Assembly (NCBI RefSeq): GCF_910588665.1
Contig: NZ_CAJUPR010000002.1
Span: forward strand, 34,372-98,371
Reading direction: 5' to 3'
Source of the DNA: an uncultured Brachyspira sp.
Lineage (GTDB): Bacteria > Spirochaetota > Brachyspiria > Brachyspirales > Brachyspiraceae
DNA length: 64,000 nucleotides
The stretch's first letter is position 1. The number at the start of each line of letters is the position of its first letter. The translations under genes and the position numbers were made by a program. The notes beneath the pieces are model-generated. The model searched no databases. It was not told where the DNA came from and saw only the letters and a program-made list of their open reading frames with translations. Positions 20,823 through 31,670 of this stretch are shown piece by piece.

Positions 20823-21935
20823 ATGGAAAAAGACAATAATTCGGAAAAAATAATACATCAGAAACCTTTAATGGAAGAACTATATAAAGAAGAGCTTGAC
20901 GCTTTAAAATCTGAAGATAAAAACAGCAAGCCTAAAAACTGGCAGCTTTCTCCTAAGTCTGTGAGGGATTTCATATTGGGAAAAAAATTAAAAAATGGAA
21001 CTGTCATAAACAGAAAATTCTACGGAGATGACGCTTTAGTGGAGCGTGCTATTATAACATTAGCGGGAAACAGAGGTTTAATGCTTGTAGGAGAGCCCGG
21101 CACTGCAAAAACTATGCTGAGCGAATTATTATCTGCTGCTATAAGCGGAAACAGTACAATTACAATACAGGGTACGGCTGGAACAAGCGAAGACAATATA
21201 AAATATTCTTGGAATTATGCTATGCTTTTTGCAAAAGGTCCTGTAAATGAAGCTCTTATACCGTCGCCCGTTTACAGCGGCATGACTAACGGAATAATTA
21301 CCAGATTTGAGGAAATTACAAGATGCCCGCTTGAAATACAAGACTCGCTTATAAGCATATTAAGCGATAAAATTATGAATATACCTGAACAAAACAGAGT
21401 ATTATTTGCAAATGCCGGCTTCAATATCATAGCCACTGCAAACACTAGAGATAAAGGAATTAACGAAATGAGCAGCGCTCTGAAAAGAAGATTTAATTTT
21501 GAAACCGTAGAGCCTATAAAAAATCCTAAGCTTGAAGGAGAAATTATAACGGAGCAATGCAGAAAGCTGCTTGAGCTTGCGGATATAGATATTGATATAG
21601 AATATGATGTTGTAGATGTTCTTGCAACAACATTTAATGAACTCAGAAGCGGAAAAAGTTTTGAAAATGCCAAAATACAGGAATTGAACTCTGTTATGAG
21701 TACCGCCGAAGCTGTATCCGTTTATTATCAGTCGGCTCTTCATTCCTATTATTACGGAGATAAAAACATAAAAATGTCAACTTTAGTTGAAAATTTAATA
21801 GGAAGCGTTGCAAAAGAGAATAAAGACGATCTGCCTAAATTAAAAAATTATTTTAACAATTCCGTTAAAATAAAATCGGAAAAGATTGGGAAAAAATGGA
21901 AAGAATATTATGAAAGCAGAAATCTGATTAAATAG
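20823..21935 (+). CDS. MoxR-group AAA+ ATPase, YehL type
   Basis: KPKNWQLSP, GEPGTAKT, IKYSWNYA, RFEEITRC and ANTRDKGINEMSSALKRRFNF. Confidence 0.9.
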   Translation: MEKDNNSEKIIHQKPLMEELYKEELDALKSEDKNSKPKNWQLSPKSVRDFILGKKLKNGTVINRKFYGDDALVERAIITLAGNRGLMLVGEPGTAKTMLSELLSAAISGNSTITIQGTAGTSEDNIKYSWNYAMLFAKGPVNEALIPSPVYSGMTNGIITRFEEITRCPLEIQDSLISILSDKIMNIPEQNRVLFANAGFNIIATANTRDKGINEMSSALKRRFNFETVEPIKNPKLEGEIITEQCRKLLELADIDIDIEYDVVDVLATTFNELRSGKSFENAKIQELNSVMSTAEAVSVYYQSALHSYYYGDKNIKMSTLVENLIGSVAKENKDDLPKLKNYFNNSVKIKSEKIGKKWKEYYESRNLIK

Positions 21936-21954
21936 CTTTCTAAAAAAATTATTT

Positions 21955-22135
21955 TTTATTATTGCTGATAAAAATTGCTTTATTATTGCTATGCCCGCAG
22001 TTCACTGACAGCCTATAACAACTTTAGTTGTTATAAGTTCGCTGCTCGCTTTTTTTGATATTTATTATTTCTATTAATACTCATTATTATTTTATTTCTT
22101 TAATCATGTTCTTTTAATCTATATAAAAAATAACG
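21955..22135 (+). repeat. Composite dispersed intergenic repeat (degenerate copy)
   Basis: Contains ttattgctgataaaaattg (module A start), ttattgctatg, a tataacaac-ttta-gttgttata hairpin, gttcgctgctcgcttttttt and a degenerate tgttctttt..aaaaa.aac. Confidence 0.65.
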
Positions 22136-22186
22136 AATAAATTAAATAATAAAACAATTTTTATAATTTAATCTTAATAATATTTT

Positions 22187-22699
22187 TTAATATTTTATTA
22201 GAACATTAACAGGATATTTTGATATTTCTTTTATTCCGTTTAACTCTTTCAATTCTATTAAAAAAGAAGAACCAACCACTACAGCGCCTAATTTCTCAGC
22301 CATTTTTATCATAGCTAAAGCCGTGCCTCCTGTTGCAATTAAGTCATCAACTATCAAAACTCTTTCTCCTTTTTTAACCGCATCTTCATGCATAAATAAT
22401 GAATCAGTACCGTATTCTAATGCATATTCTTCTGAAATAGTTTTATAAGGCAGTTTTCCCTTTTTTCTTACAGGTATAAACCCTGTATTCATTTTATAAG
22501 CTAATGCGGAACCTATCAAAAATCCTCTGCTTTCAGCTCCGACTATATAATCTATTTTTTCATCGCTAACATGCTCCGCCATCTTATCTATTGCATATTT
22601 GAATGCATCTTTATTTTGAAGCAAAGTTGTAATATCTCTGAAAAGTATTCCCTTTTTAGGATAATCCTGAATATTTCTTATATAGTCTTTTAACTCCAT
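22187..22699 (-). CDS. apt: Adenine phosphoribosyltransferase
   Basis: DYPKKGILFRDIT, ESRGF, RKKGKLP and VDDLIATGGT. ATG 22699 follows GAGGTG. Confidence 0.97.
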   Translation of the reverse strand: MELKDYIRNIQDYPKKGILFRDITTLLQNKDAFKYAIDKMAEHVSDEKIDYIVGAESRGFLIGSALAYKMNTGFIPVRKKGKLPYKTISEEYALEYGTDSLFMHEDAVKKGERVLIVDDLIATGGTALAMIKMAEKLGAVVVGSSFLIELKELNGIKEISKYPVNVLIKY

Positions 22700-22936
22700 A
22701 TATAACACCTCATATATATAAAATAACACAATTAATAATTATAATATTTTTTATTAAAAAATCAATTGCAAATATTTAATAATTATTTAAATAAGCTTTA
22801 CTTATAAATATAATAAGCATTTTTATATTTCAATGCTATTTAAAAAAATGATTATACAATATTTACAAATTATCATTTTTAGTTTATTATAAAATACGAT
22901 TTTTAATTAATTAACTTTACAGAGATAAAAATAAAT

Positions 22937-23506
22937 ATGATTAAATTAAATAGGATTATAGAAGAAATAAAAATAAAAAAATTATATTTTTCAGCATCAC
23001 TATTAATATTTACGGCTGATATTGTTTCTAAATACTTTGTAGATAAATATCTGCAGGATATTATAGTAAAAAGAGTTATAGGAGATATATTAATATTTAT
23101 ATATACAAGAAATTACGGCGTATCATTCGGTTTTCTCAATAATGTTCATGGAGCTGTAGAGCATATAATACCCGAATTATTAAAAGTTATTGTATTTGCC
23201 GCTATGATTATAGTATTTTTTATAATGCTTTCCATAAATCCTAATAAGCAGAAATTATCTATGATAGGCTTTACTATGGTATTAGGGGGGGCTATGGGAA
23301 ATTTGACGGACAGAATTATGAGAGGATATGTTACCGATTTTATCAGTATGGGATTTAATGAAACTATAAGATTTCCTTACAATTATAATATAGCCGATGG
23401 TTCAATTACAATAGGAATATGTATTATAGCTTTAGGAGTATTTTTATTTAAAGAAGATTTTGATAAAAATAAAAATATTAAAACTGATGACAATACAGAA
23501 AAATAG
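22937..23506 (+). CDS. lspA: Lipoprotein signal peptidase II
   Basis: NYGVSFG, GGAMGNLTDR, VTDFI and NIAD motifs. Confidence 0.95.
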   Translation: MIKLNRIIEEIKIKKLYFSASLLIFTADIVSKYFVDKYLQDIIVKRVIGDILIFIYTRNYGVSFGFLNNVHGAVEHIIPELLKVIVFAAMIIVFFIMLSINPNKQKLSMIGFTMVLGGAMGNLTDRIMRGYVTDFISMGFNETIRFPYNYNIADGSITIGICIIALGVFLFKEDFDKNKNIKTDDNTEK

Positions 23507-23509
23507 AAT

Positions 23510-24502
23510 ATGAACTTAGAGTTTCAAAAAGATATTAAAAACGGCAGTTTCAATAATAAAGAAAATTATAATAATGAATCCGATATATTTTATAATAATA
23601 AAAAAATATCGTTTATAATAACGGAAGAAGATATTAATAAAAGATTGGATATTTTTATAAGCGAAAGGCTTAATATAACCAGAAGTCAGATAAAAAATTA
23701 TTTAGATTCTATAATAGTTAATGGAGGGGTAAAAAAATTATCATATTCCCTAAAATTAAATGATAATATAGAAATAAATTTATACAAAGAAAATTATAAA
23801 ATAGATTCTGAAAATCCAATACCAGAGAATATACCTTTAAATATAGTTTATGAAGATAAGTATTTGCTTGTAGTAAATAAGCCTGCAGGTATGAGTGTGC
23901 ATTGTTCTGCTTCAGAGATAAGCGGTACTTTAGTTAATGCTCTTCTTTATAATATAAAAGATTTCAGCTTTGCGGGAAATAAAAGCAGAGCTGGAATAAT
24001 ACATAGACTTGATAAAGATACTTCAGGACTAATAATTATAGGAAAGAATTCCAATATAGTATCAGGCATTCAGGAACAATTCAAAAACAGAACGGTTAAA
24101 AAGATATATCATGCAATTGCGGCAGGAGTTTTAAAAGATAATTATATGGAAATTAATATGCCTATAGGAAGACATAAAATATACAGAAAGAAAATGACGG
24201 TAAGAGATGACGGAAAGGAAGCTGTTACATATATAAAAGTTTTAAAAAGATTTAAAAATCATACGCTTATGGAAATTAATCTTAGAACTGGAAGAACGCA
24301 TCAAATAAGAGTTCATTCATCATATAAGGGATTTCCAATAGCCGGAGATAAAGTATATTCTAAAAGTTTTAATAAATACTCTTCTCTTATGCTTGTTGCT
24401 AAAAAAATAAGTTTTATTCATCCTATAAGTAATGAAAAATTTGAGTTTGAAATTGATTATCCCGATTATTTTCAAGAGTTTTTATACGGTAATGATATTT
24501 AA
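23510..24502 (+). CDS. RluA/RluD-family pseudouridine synthase with S4 domain
   Basis: VVNKPAG, HRLDKDTSG and TGRTHQIRVH. Confidence 0.95.
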   Translation: MNLEFQKDIKNGSFNNKENYNNESDIFYNNKKISFIITEEDINKRLDIFISERLNITRSQIKNYLDSIIVNGGVKKLSYSLKLNDNIEINLYKENYKIDSENPIPENIPLNIVYEDKYLLVVNKPAGMSVHCSASEISGTLVNALLYNIKDFSFAGNKSRAGIIHRLDKDTSGLIIIGKNSNIVSGIQEQFKNRTVKKIYHAIAAGVLKDNYMEINMPIGRHKIYRKKMTVRDDGKEAVTYIKVLKRFKNHTLMEINLRTGRTHQIRVHSSYKGFPIAGDKVYSKSFNKYSSLMLVAKKISFIHPISNEKFEFEIDYPDYFQEFLYGNDI

Positions 24503-24511
24503 AAATAATTA

Positions 24512-25885
24512 TTATATATTATTATATGCAGCTATATTTGATCCTTTTTTCCATTTATTTGAGTAATAATATATTAAACTGAAAGTCATACTGAAAAAAT
24601 TACTTATAGCCATAGCAGTCCATATACCCCATAATTCCATTTTAGGGGATATAATATAAGCAAGCGGAACTCTTATTATTATATGTGCGCAAAAAGCAAA
24701 AAGCATAAGTATAAATGTTTTTCCAGCGCCGTTTATAACTCCGTTTGCAGAAAACATCACGGCAAGCATTATTATTGAAGGCATAACCACATAAATATAA
24801 CTCTTAGTATATTTTAAAACGCTCATATCATCTGTAAACATTCTTACTATAATCTCGGGAAACATCATAGAAAAAACAGCCATAAAAGCCGATATGCATA
24901 CGGAAAGCTTCATACCTGCTTTATATATTTCTTTAACTCTTTCTATTTTTCCGGCACCTATATTCTGAGCTGCCATAGTCGCAATACCTGCGGATAATGC
25001 CATAAGAGGAAGAAATGATAAAGAATCTACCCTCATAGATACGGCAACGGAAGCTGAAGCGGATTCTCCGTAAGTATTTATAAGTCTATTTAAAAAAAGC
25101 CAACTTACGGACACGATTAACTGCATAGCGGCAAATGGAATGCCTATTCTGAACATTAATTTTGTTATTCTGAAATCAAATGTTAAATTAAAAGGATTAG
25201 CTCTTACAATACTGTCTTTCATTTTTAAATATATCATACTAACGGCAACAGAAATAAACTGAGAGAAAGCCGTAGCATAAGCAGCGCCGTCAAGTCCCAT
25301 AGAAGGAAAAGGTCCTATGCCCTTTATCATAAGCGGATCCAATATCAAATTTAAAATAGAAGATATTGCCAAAAATATTAAAGGTCTTACCGTATCTCCT
25401 ATGCCTCTAAGAAGTGCAGAAACTAAAAAATAATAAAACATAAAAGGAAAACCTATCATGCTTATTCTGAAATAACTGACGGAATATTCCATTATGCTGT
25501 CTGCCGTATTTAAAAATATCATTAAAGAAGGAGCAAATATATACCCTATTACAGATAAAGCTAAAGCTGTTATTAAACTTATAGTGGTGGCAACTTTAGA
25601 TATATAAAATACAGAAGCTTTATCATCAGCTCCGAAATACTGACCTATCAGAATATTTGCTGCCACAGTTACTCCAGAAGCTATAGCCATAAGTATCAAT
25701 ATAATAGGAAAGCTTACAGCAATTGCCCCAAGTCCTTTAGGTCCTATCATCTGCCCTATCCAAATAGTATCAACTATATTATATGCTATATTTAATAGGT
25801 TTCCCAATATCATCGGCACAACTAATTTAATAAGTCCTTTGCTTACATCTCCGTCAGTTAATTCCAACATCTTATTTTTTTCCAT
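24512..25885 (-). CDS. MATE family efflux transporter
   Basis: About 12 TM helices. YNIVDTIWIG, LRGIGDT..PL and QNIGAGK motifs. Confidence 0.93.
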   Translation of the reverse strand: MEKNKMLELTDGDVSKGLIKLVVPMILGNLLNIAYNIVDTIWIGQMIGPKGLGAIAVSFPIILILMAIASGVTVAANILIGQYFGADDKASVFYISKVATTISLITALALSVIGYIFAPSLMIFLNTADSIMEYSVSYFRISMIGFPFMFYYFLVSALLRGIGDTVRPLIFLAISSILNLILDPLMIKGIGPFPSMGLDGAAYATAFSQFISVAVSMIYLKMKDSIVRANPFNLTFDFRITKLMFRIGIPFAAMQLIVSVSWLFLNRLINTYGESASASVAVSMRVDSLSFLPLMALSAGIATMAAQNIGAGKIERVKEIYKAGMKLSVCISAFMAVFSMMFPEIIVRMFTDDMSVLKYTKSYIYVVMPSIIMLAVMFSANGVINGAGKTFILMLFAFCAHIIIRVPLAYIISPKMELWGIWTAMAISNFFSMTFSLIYYYSNKWKKGSNIAAYNNI

Positions 25886-26058
25886 AATGCACCTAAATTA
25901 TCCGCTTATTAATGTTTAGATTTTTTTTATTATTTTATAAATTAATAAAAAACTTCCGATAATAAATTTCATAAAAATAAATTAAGTAAATTTAATATAT
26001 AAAAATCTAGTTAGCTATGTTACAATACAATAAAATAAAGTCAATATATTTATTGTTA

Positions 26059-27099
26059 TTATAAAAAATTTTTTTTATTAACTCTTTTTGTTTTTTTCTT
26101 ATAATCTTTAAAATCTCTCTTTTTGCTGTTATTTTTTTCATCTTTCTGAGTTTTAGTTTTGTATGTACTGTTTTTCTTTAAGGACAATCTTTTTTTCTTA
26201 GGCTTTGCTTTAGCCCATTTTGATTTATTATGTTTTTTCCCTTCTTCAATAATAATATTATTATCCTCATAATTATTACTATCATTTGTTTTATCAATAT
26301 CGCTGAAGCTGCCTATATCTGAAAATATGCTTTCTATATCTTTTAATTTTTTCTCTTTTTGTCTGAAAAAGAAGTCTATTTCTTTTTGAGTTAAATCTCT
26401 GATATGACCCGCTTCTAATGTTCCTGAAACCTCATCATATTTATTTACGCACCCTACAGATATTCTCTCCAAATCTACAACTTTATATCCTAGATAATCA
26501 AATATCTTTCTTATTTCCCTATTTTTTCCTTCATTGATAGTCATACGGATTTTACTTTGTATTCTTCCTTTAGCTAAAATTTTAAACTTAAAAGGAGAAT
26601 AAACAATATTTTTTATAGTTATTCCTTTACTGGTATTTAAGAGAGCCTCAGAATCTATTTTGCCGTTAATGGTAACATCATAAACTTTTAATATTTCGTA
26701 TGAAGGGTGTGTAATTATATTTGCAAACTCTCCGTCATTTGTGATTATCATTATGCCTCTTGATTCCGAATCAAGTCTTCCTGCATAGAATAATCTTTCA
26801 TTTATATTTTTAAAAAACTCCGTTATTATTCTTCTTCCTGGAAGATATTTAGTTGTGCTTACAACTCCAAGCGGCTTATATAATACCATATACCTTTTTG
26901 TCTGTCTTTTTATCAAATTTCTGTCAATAGAAACCGAATCTTCTTCTTTTACTTTATAGGCAGGATCCAATACAACCTGATTATTAACTCTTATTCTTCC
27001 AGACATTATAGCTTTTTCGCAGTTTCTTCTGCTTGCAAAACCAGATTCCAATATAACTTTTACAAGTCTTATAGCTTCCTCTTTTTGCTGTTTTTTCAT
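26059..27099 (-). CDS. RsuA/RluB-family pseudouridine synthase with a basic C-terminal tail
   Basis: S4 domain, GRLDSES.G, HPSY and EGKNREIRK. ATG 27099 follows GGAG. Confidence 0.92.
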   Translation of the reverse strand: MKKQQKEEAIRLVKVILESGFASRRNCEKAIMSGRIRVNNQVVLDPAYKVKEEDSVSIDRNLIKRQTKRYMVLYKPLGVVSTTKYLPGRRIITEFFKNINERLFYAGRLDSESRGIMIITNDGEFANIITHPSYEILKVYDVTINGKIDSEALLNTSKGITIKNIVYSPFKFKILAKGRIQSKIRMTINEGKNREIRKIFDYLGYKVVDLERISVGCVNKYDEVSGTLEAGHIRDLTQKEIDFFFRQKEKKLKDIESIFSDIGSFSDIDKTNDSNNYEDNNIIIEEGKKHNKSKWAKAKPKKKRLSLKKNSTYKTKTQKDEKNNSKKRDFKDYKKKTKRVNKKNFL

Positions 27100-27280
27100 A
27101 AATTTAATCTCCAATCAACATACCAATATATAAAAAGGTTTTTAATATAATATAACAGATTTATAATATTTTCTCAATTAAATATATTAATTATAATTAT
27201 ATTAGTTTTAATTAAAAAAATCTAAGCTAATATTGATAAAATACGAAAATTATAAAAAACCTTATGAAAAATAAATAACT

Positions 27281-27730
27281 ATGAAATTTAAAAAATTAAT
27301 ATTTACGGCATTTATACTGATGATTAATTTAAATATATACTCTCAGACTATAACTGAAAACTCTCTTCCTTTAAGGGCAAAAAATTTTTTAAACTTAAAT
27401 TTTCAAGGAAATAATATAGAAGAAGTATCTTTATATCAAAACGGCGGAGGATATAATGTAGGCATAAATTTCGGATACAATTTTATATTTTACAATACGG
27501 GACTTTGGAAAAAAATAACTGCTTCAAGCGATGAGGCTAAATCAAAAGGAATACCAAGAAGCTGCATTCATAAATCAATGGTTAATATTATAGATAATGA
27601 ATATCCTTTTTCAAAAATAACAGATATAGAAAGGAGAGATAAGATATTTATTATTAAATTAGATGATAAATACCTGCTTGAAATAAGCGGATACGGTATT
27701 ATAATAAGCAGAAAAAATTTAGAACAGTAA
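27281..27730 (+). CDS. PepSY-like (DUF2874/BLIP-type) exported protein
   Basis: Signal peptide and two repeats of the type LP..AKNFL..NF / VNIIDNEYP..KITDIER. Looks paralogous to 49019-49438. Confidence 0.65.
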   Translation: MKFKKLIFTAFILMINLNIYSQTITENSLPLRAKNFLNLNFQGNNIEEVSLYQNGGGYNVGINFGYNFIFYNTGLWKKITASSDEAKSKGIPRSCIHKSMVNIIDNEYPFSKITDIERRDKIFIIKLDDKYLLEISGYGIIISRKNLEQ

Positions 27731-27766
27731 AGAGAACAGCAATACTAAAATAAGGAGTTTTTAATT

Positions 27767-29106
27767 ATGAAAAAAATCATAATAATAGGCGGTGTTGCCG
27801 CAGGAATGAGCGCAGCGGCTAAAGCAAGAAGAATAGATAAAGAAGCTGTTATAACAGTTTATGAAAAAACAGATGCTGTATCTTGGGGTGCTTGCGGTAT
27901 GCCTTATTATGTAGGCGGTTTTTATGAAAGCCCTAATACCATGATAGCCAGAAGCGCTGAGACTATCATTAAATCTGGAATAGATTTGAAAGTAAAACAT
28001 GAAGTTTTGAAAATAGATTCTAAAAATAAAAAAGTATTAGTAAAAAATACAGCTGATAATAAAGAATTTGAAGATAATTATGATTCTCTGCTTATAGCTA
28101 CAGGGGCAAAATCAATAATACCTAATATACCGAATATCAATATAGGAAATGTATCAACTTTAAAAGAGTTTGATGATGCGCTTAATATGAGAGAGAAGAT
28201 GAAAGATTCAAATATAAAAAATGTTGTGATATTAGGTGCGGGTTTTATAGCTATTGAGGCAGCTCATGCTTTAAAGCATATAGGAAAGAATGTTACAATA
28301 ATACAGCGTTCCGACAGAGTATTCGGAAGCAAATTCGATAAAGATTTTTCTGATATTTTAATAGAGCATATAAAAGAAAATGTAAACCTGCATCTTAATG
28401 AAAAAATTATGTCATTGGAAGCTGATAATAATAATAATGTTAAAGCCGTGATTACGGATAAAGGCAAATATGATGCCGATTATGTTGTTGTAGCTATAGG
28501 AGTTAAGCCTAACAGTGATTTAGCAAAAGATGCAGGAATTAAATTAATGGATAATGGCGCTATATTGGTTGATAGGGAAGGCAGGACAAGTATTGATTGT
28601 ATATACGCTGCAGGAGACTGTGCAAGTATATATGATAAAGTATTAGACGAACAAACTTATGCAGCACTTGCTACAGGAGCCAATAAATTAGGCAGAATGA
28701 TTGCATCTAATTTAACAGGGGGACATGAAAAGTTTACAGGAAGTTTAACCAGTGCATGCATACTTGCATTTGAGCTTGAGGCAGCAAGAACAGGAATAAC
28801 AGAGGAAGAAGCAAAAAAAAGAAATATTAATTATAAAGCAGTTACTGTAAAAGATTTAGATCATACGCATTATTATCCTGATTATCATGATTTGCATATA
28901 AGCTTGTATATTTAGCCGACAGCAGAAAGATAATAGGCGGGCAGATATTAGGAAAGAGAGGCGCCGTATTAAGAGCTGATGTTATAGCAGCCTGTATATA
29001 TGCAGGACTTACCGTAGATGAACTAGGAATGCTTGATTTATGCTATGCTCCTCCTTTTGCAAGAACTTGGGATTCTTTGAATGTGGCTGGAAATGCAGCT
29101 AAGTAA
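27767..29106 (+). pseudogene. CoA-disulfide reductase / NADH oxidase family flavoprotein, frameshifted near 28900
   Basis: GGVAAG and SWGACGMPY are present. The ORF stops at 28915, but adding one A at ~28900 restores KLVYLADSRKIIGGQILG...DLCYAPPFARTWDSLNVAGNAAK* ending at 29106. Confidence 0.85.
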
Positions 29107-29314
29107 TAATTGCGAGTCTAAGCCTTTAAGACTTGAATTAAATAAATTAAGTCAATGACTCAGGCTCGCATTTTTTAATATTTCTTATTTCTAGTATCTT
29201 TTATTACTTGTTTATTTGTTCTTTTTTATACAGATAAAAAGAACCAAAAAACTTTTTACTTTTTTCAAAAAAAGCGGAGAAAGAAATAAAATAATAATAA
29301 ACATTAATAAAAAT
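29107..29314 (+). repeat. Composite dispersed intergenic repeat (hairpin ending GCTCGC plus module B)
   Basis: A gcgagtctaag...ctcaggctcgc stem, followed by a segment similar to 22045-22135 and 20208-20306. Confidence 0.75.
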
Positions 29315-29363
29315 GTTGTATAATAAAAGAAAATAAAATCTTATTAATTTTAAGGATTAAAAA

Positions 29364-30638
29364 ATGGAATCTTATGATGTTGTTGTTATAGGCGGAGGTC
29401 CTGCAGGTCTTGCCGCCGCTGTTTCCGCCAGAGAAAACGGCATATATAATTTACTTATATTAGAAAGAGACAATATGCTTGGCGGAATACTGAATCAATG
29501 CATACATAACGGATTTGGTCTTCACAGATTCGGAGAGGAGCTTACAGGTCCTGAATATGCGTATAAATTTATAGAAAAAGCTGAAGAGTTAAATATAAAC
29601 TGCAGGCTTAATACTATGGTTTTAAATATAGAACTTAACAGCGATAAAAGTAAAAAGATTACTTATATTAATAAAGAAGAAGGCGTAGTTTTGATTAATG
29701 CAAAAGCCGTAATACTTGCTATGGGCTGCAGGGAACGTTCCAGAGGAGCTTTAAATATACCTGGTTTCAGACCTGCGGGAATATTCTCTGCAGGAGCCGC
29801 TCAGCATTTAGTAAATATTGAAGGATATATGCCGGGCAAGGAAGTTGTTATACTCGGTTCTGGAGATATAGGGCTTATTATGGCTAGAAGAATGACTTTT
29901 GAAGGCGCCAAAGTTAAAGCTGTTGCAGAGATACTTCCATTTTCAGGAGGGCTTAAAAGAAATATAGTTCAGTGTTTGGACGATTTCAAAATACCTTTAA
30001 AGCTTAGTCATACGATTATTGATATAAAAGGCAGAGACAGGCTTGAAGGCGTTACAATAGCTGAAGTTGATGAGAATATGAAGCCTATTAAGGGTACCGA
30101 AGAATACTATTCATGCGATACTTTGCTTTTATCTGTAGGTCTTATACCTGAAAACGAGCTTTCAAAAGAGATTGGAGTTGAAATTAATCCCTTAACCTCA
30201 GGTGCTGTAGTTAATGAGGGGCTTGAAACTAATATTGAAGGTGTTTTTTCATGCGGAAATGTTCTGCATGTGCATGATTTAGTTGATTTTGTATCTGAAG
30301 AAGCGGAAACTGCAGGAAAGAGCGCATCTCTTTATATTCTTAAAAATAAAAGAAGAAATGATGCTGATTCTGTTTTATTAAAAGCCTCCAGCGGTGTCAG
30401 ACATACTGTGCCTTCTATGATTAATACTGATAATGTAGATGATTATGTTACGGTAAGATTTAGGGTGAGTAATGTATTTCATAATAAATTTCTTAATGTA
30501 TATTTTGACGGAGAGAAACTTATACATAAAAAGCATTTAATATTTGCTCCCGGAGAGATGGAGACTTTGAAGCTTGATAAAGCTATGCTTTCAAAAAAAG
30601 GCTTAAAAAATATAGAGTTTAAGATAGAGGATAATTGA
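29364..30638 (+). CDS. NAD(P)/FAD-dependent oxidoreductase of the type usually paired with DUF1667
   Basis: GGGPAGLAAA, GGILNQCIHNGFG, ELTGPEY and GSGDIGLIMARR. Confidence 0.9.
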   Translation: MESYDVVVIGGGPAGLAAAVSARENGIYNLLILERDNMLGGILNQCIHNGFGLHRFGEELTGPEYAYKFIEKAEELNINCRLNTMVLNIELNSDKSKKITYINKEEGVVLINAKAVILAMGCRERSRGALNIPGFRPAGIFSAGAAQHLVNIEGYMPGKEVVILGSGDIGLIMARRMTFEGAKVKAVAEILPFSGGLKRNIVQCLDDFKIPLKLSHTIIDIKGRDRLEGVTIAEVDENMKPIKGTEEYYSCDTLLLSVGLIPENELSKEIGVEINPLTSGAVVNEGLETNIEGVFSCGNVLHVHDLVDFVSEEAETAGKSASLYILKNKRRNDADSVLLKASSGVRHTVPSMINTDNVDDYVTVRFRVSNVFHNKFLNVYFDGEKLIHKKHLIFAPGEMETLKLDKAMLSKKGLKNIEFKIEDN

Positions 30639-30736
30639 TATATTCTATAATTAGAATAGGGTAAAAAATATTATATCTTATTAATTAAATATTATACTTT
30701 ACAAAAATCAAAAATATATTAAGGAAGTAATTAATT

Positions 30737-31105
30737 ATGAAAAAAAAAGAATTAACTTGTATATGCTGTCCTATGGGCTGCGCTTTGACGGTTGAAATTG
30801 ATAAAAATAAAATTTTGAATGTAAGCGGAAATACATGCAAAAGAGGAGAAACCTATGCAAGAGATGAGATTGTCCGTCCTGTAAGAATGGTTACTTCAAT
30901 AGTAAAAGTAAGAAACGGAAAAATAAAAATGCTTCCAGTAAAAACCAAAAATCCTATTGACAAATCAAGAATAGAAGAATGCTTAAAAGCTTTAAAAAAT
31001 GTTGAAGTAAATGCCCCCGTTTATATAGGCGATATTGTGCTTTCAAATGTTGCAGGCTCAGATATAGTTGCTACTAGAAATGCTGAAGTATCAGAAACAT
31101 TATAA
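30737..31105 (+). CDS. DUF1667 domain protein (Cys-rich)
   Basis: TCICCPMGC, GNTCKRG..YA and P.RMVTS.V. Confidence 0.9.
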   Translation: MKKKELTCICCPMGCALTVEIDKNKILNVSGNTCKRGETYARDEIVRPVRMVTSIVKVRNGKIKMLPVKTKNPIDKSRIEECLKALKNVEVNAPVYIGDIVLSNVAGSDIVATRNAEVSETL

Positions 31106-31145
31106 AACTGTATTAATCGGTTTTTAATTACATAACTAATATATT

Positions 31146-31589
31146 ATGAGATATTTAGGTTTTTATTATATAGGACTGATACTCTTGCCGAATATTATTT
31201 ATGCGGTATTAAAACCTAATATACATACTGAAAATAAATTGCTTAATATATTTGAAAAAGCAGGGCAAATTTTAATTATTATAAGCCTTCTTATTTCTGA
31301 CGATTTTAATATAAATTATCGGTCAAATTATACTTTGCTTCTTATTTTAAGTTTTATATTAATGTTAATGTATGAATGCTTTTGGATACGCTATTTTTTT
31401 AAAGGGCGAAAACTTGTTTATCTATACGGTTCATTTTTAGGCATTCCTTTGGCAGGGGCGGTACTTCCCATAGCTTCATTTTTTATTCTTGGAATATACT
31501 CAAAAAATATATGGCTTATTGTCTCCGATATGATTTTTGCAGTACCTCATATTAAAATAAGTATTATAAATAAAAGAGAACTTAAATAA
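31146..31589 (+). CDS. Hypothetical membrane protein
   Basis: 147 aa with 4-5 hydrophobic segments. Confidence 0.7.
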   Translation: MRYLGFYYIGLILLPNIIYAVLKPNIHTENKLLNIFEKAGQILIIISLLISDDFNINYRSNYTLLLILSFILMLMYECFWIRYFFKGRKLVYLYGSFLGIPLAGAVLPIASFFILGIYSKNIWLIVSDMIFAVPHIKISIINKRELK

Positions 31590-31670
31590 TAGTTAATAAT
31601 ATTATTTTTTTATTAAAGCATTGCTTAAATACTTATTTGACAATTCTATATATTATTATATATTATAATT

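Noticed and set aside
21129..21743. Three overlapping minus-strand ORFs, and similar short antisense or nested ORFs throughout the track
   Set aside because: They lie inside well-supported genes and show no motifs or RBS.
22010..22036. gcctataac...gttataag resembling integron attC ends
   Set aside because: It is too short, has no L boxes or extrahelical bases, and there is no cassette array. Treated as part of the repeat family.
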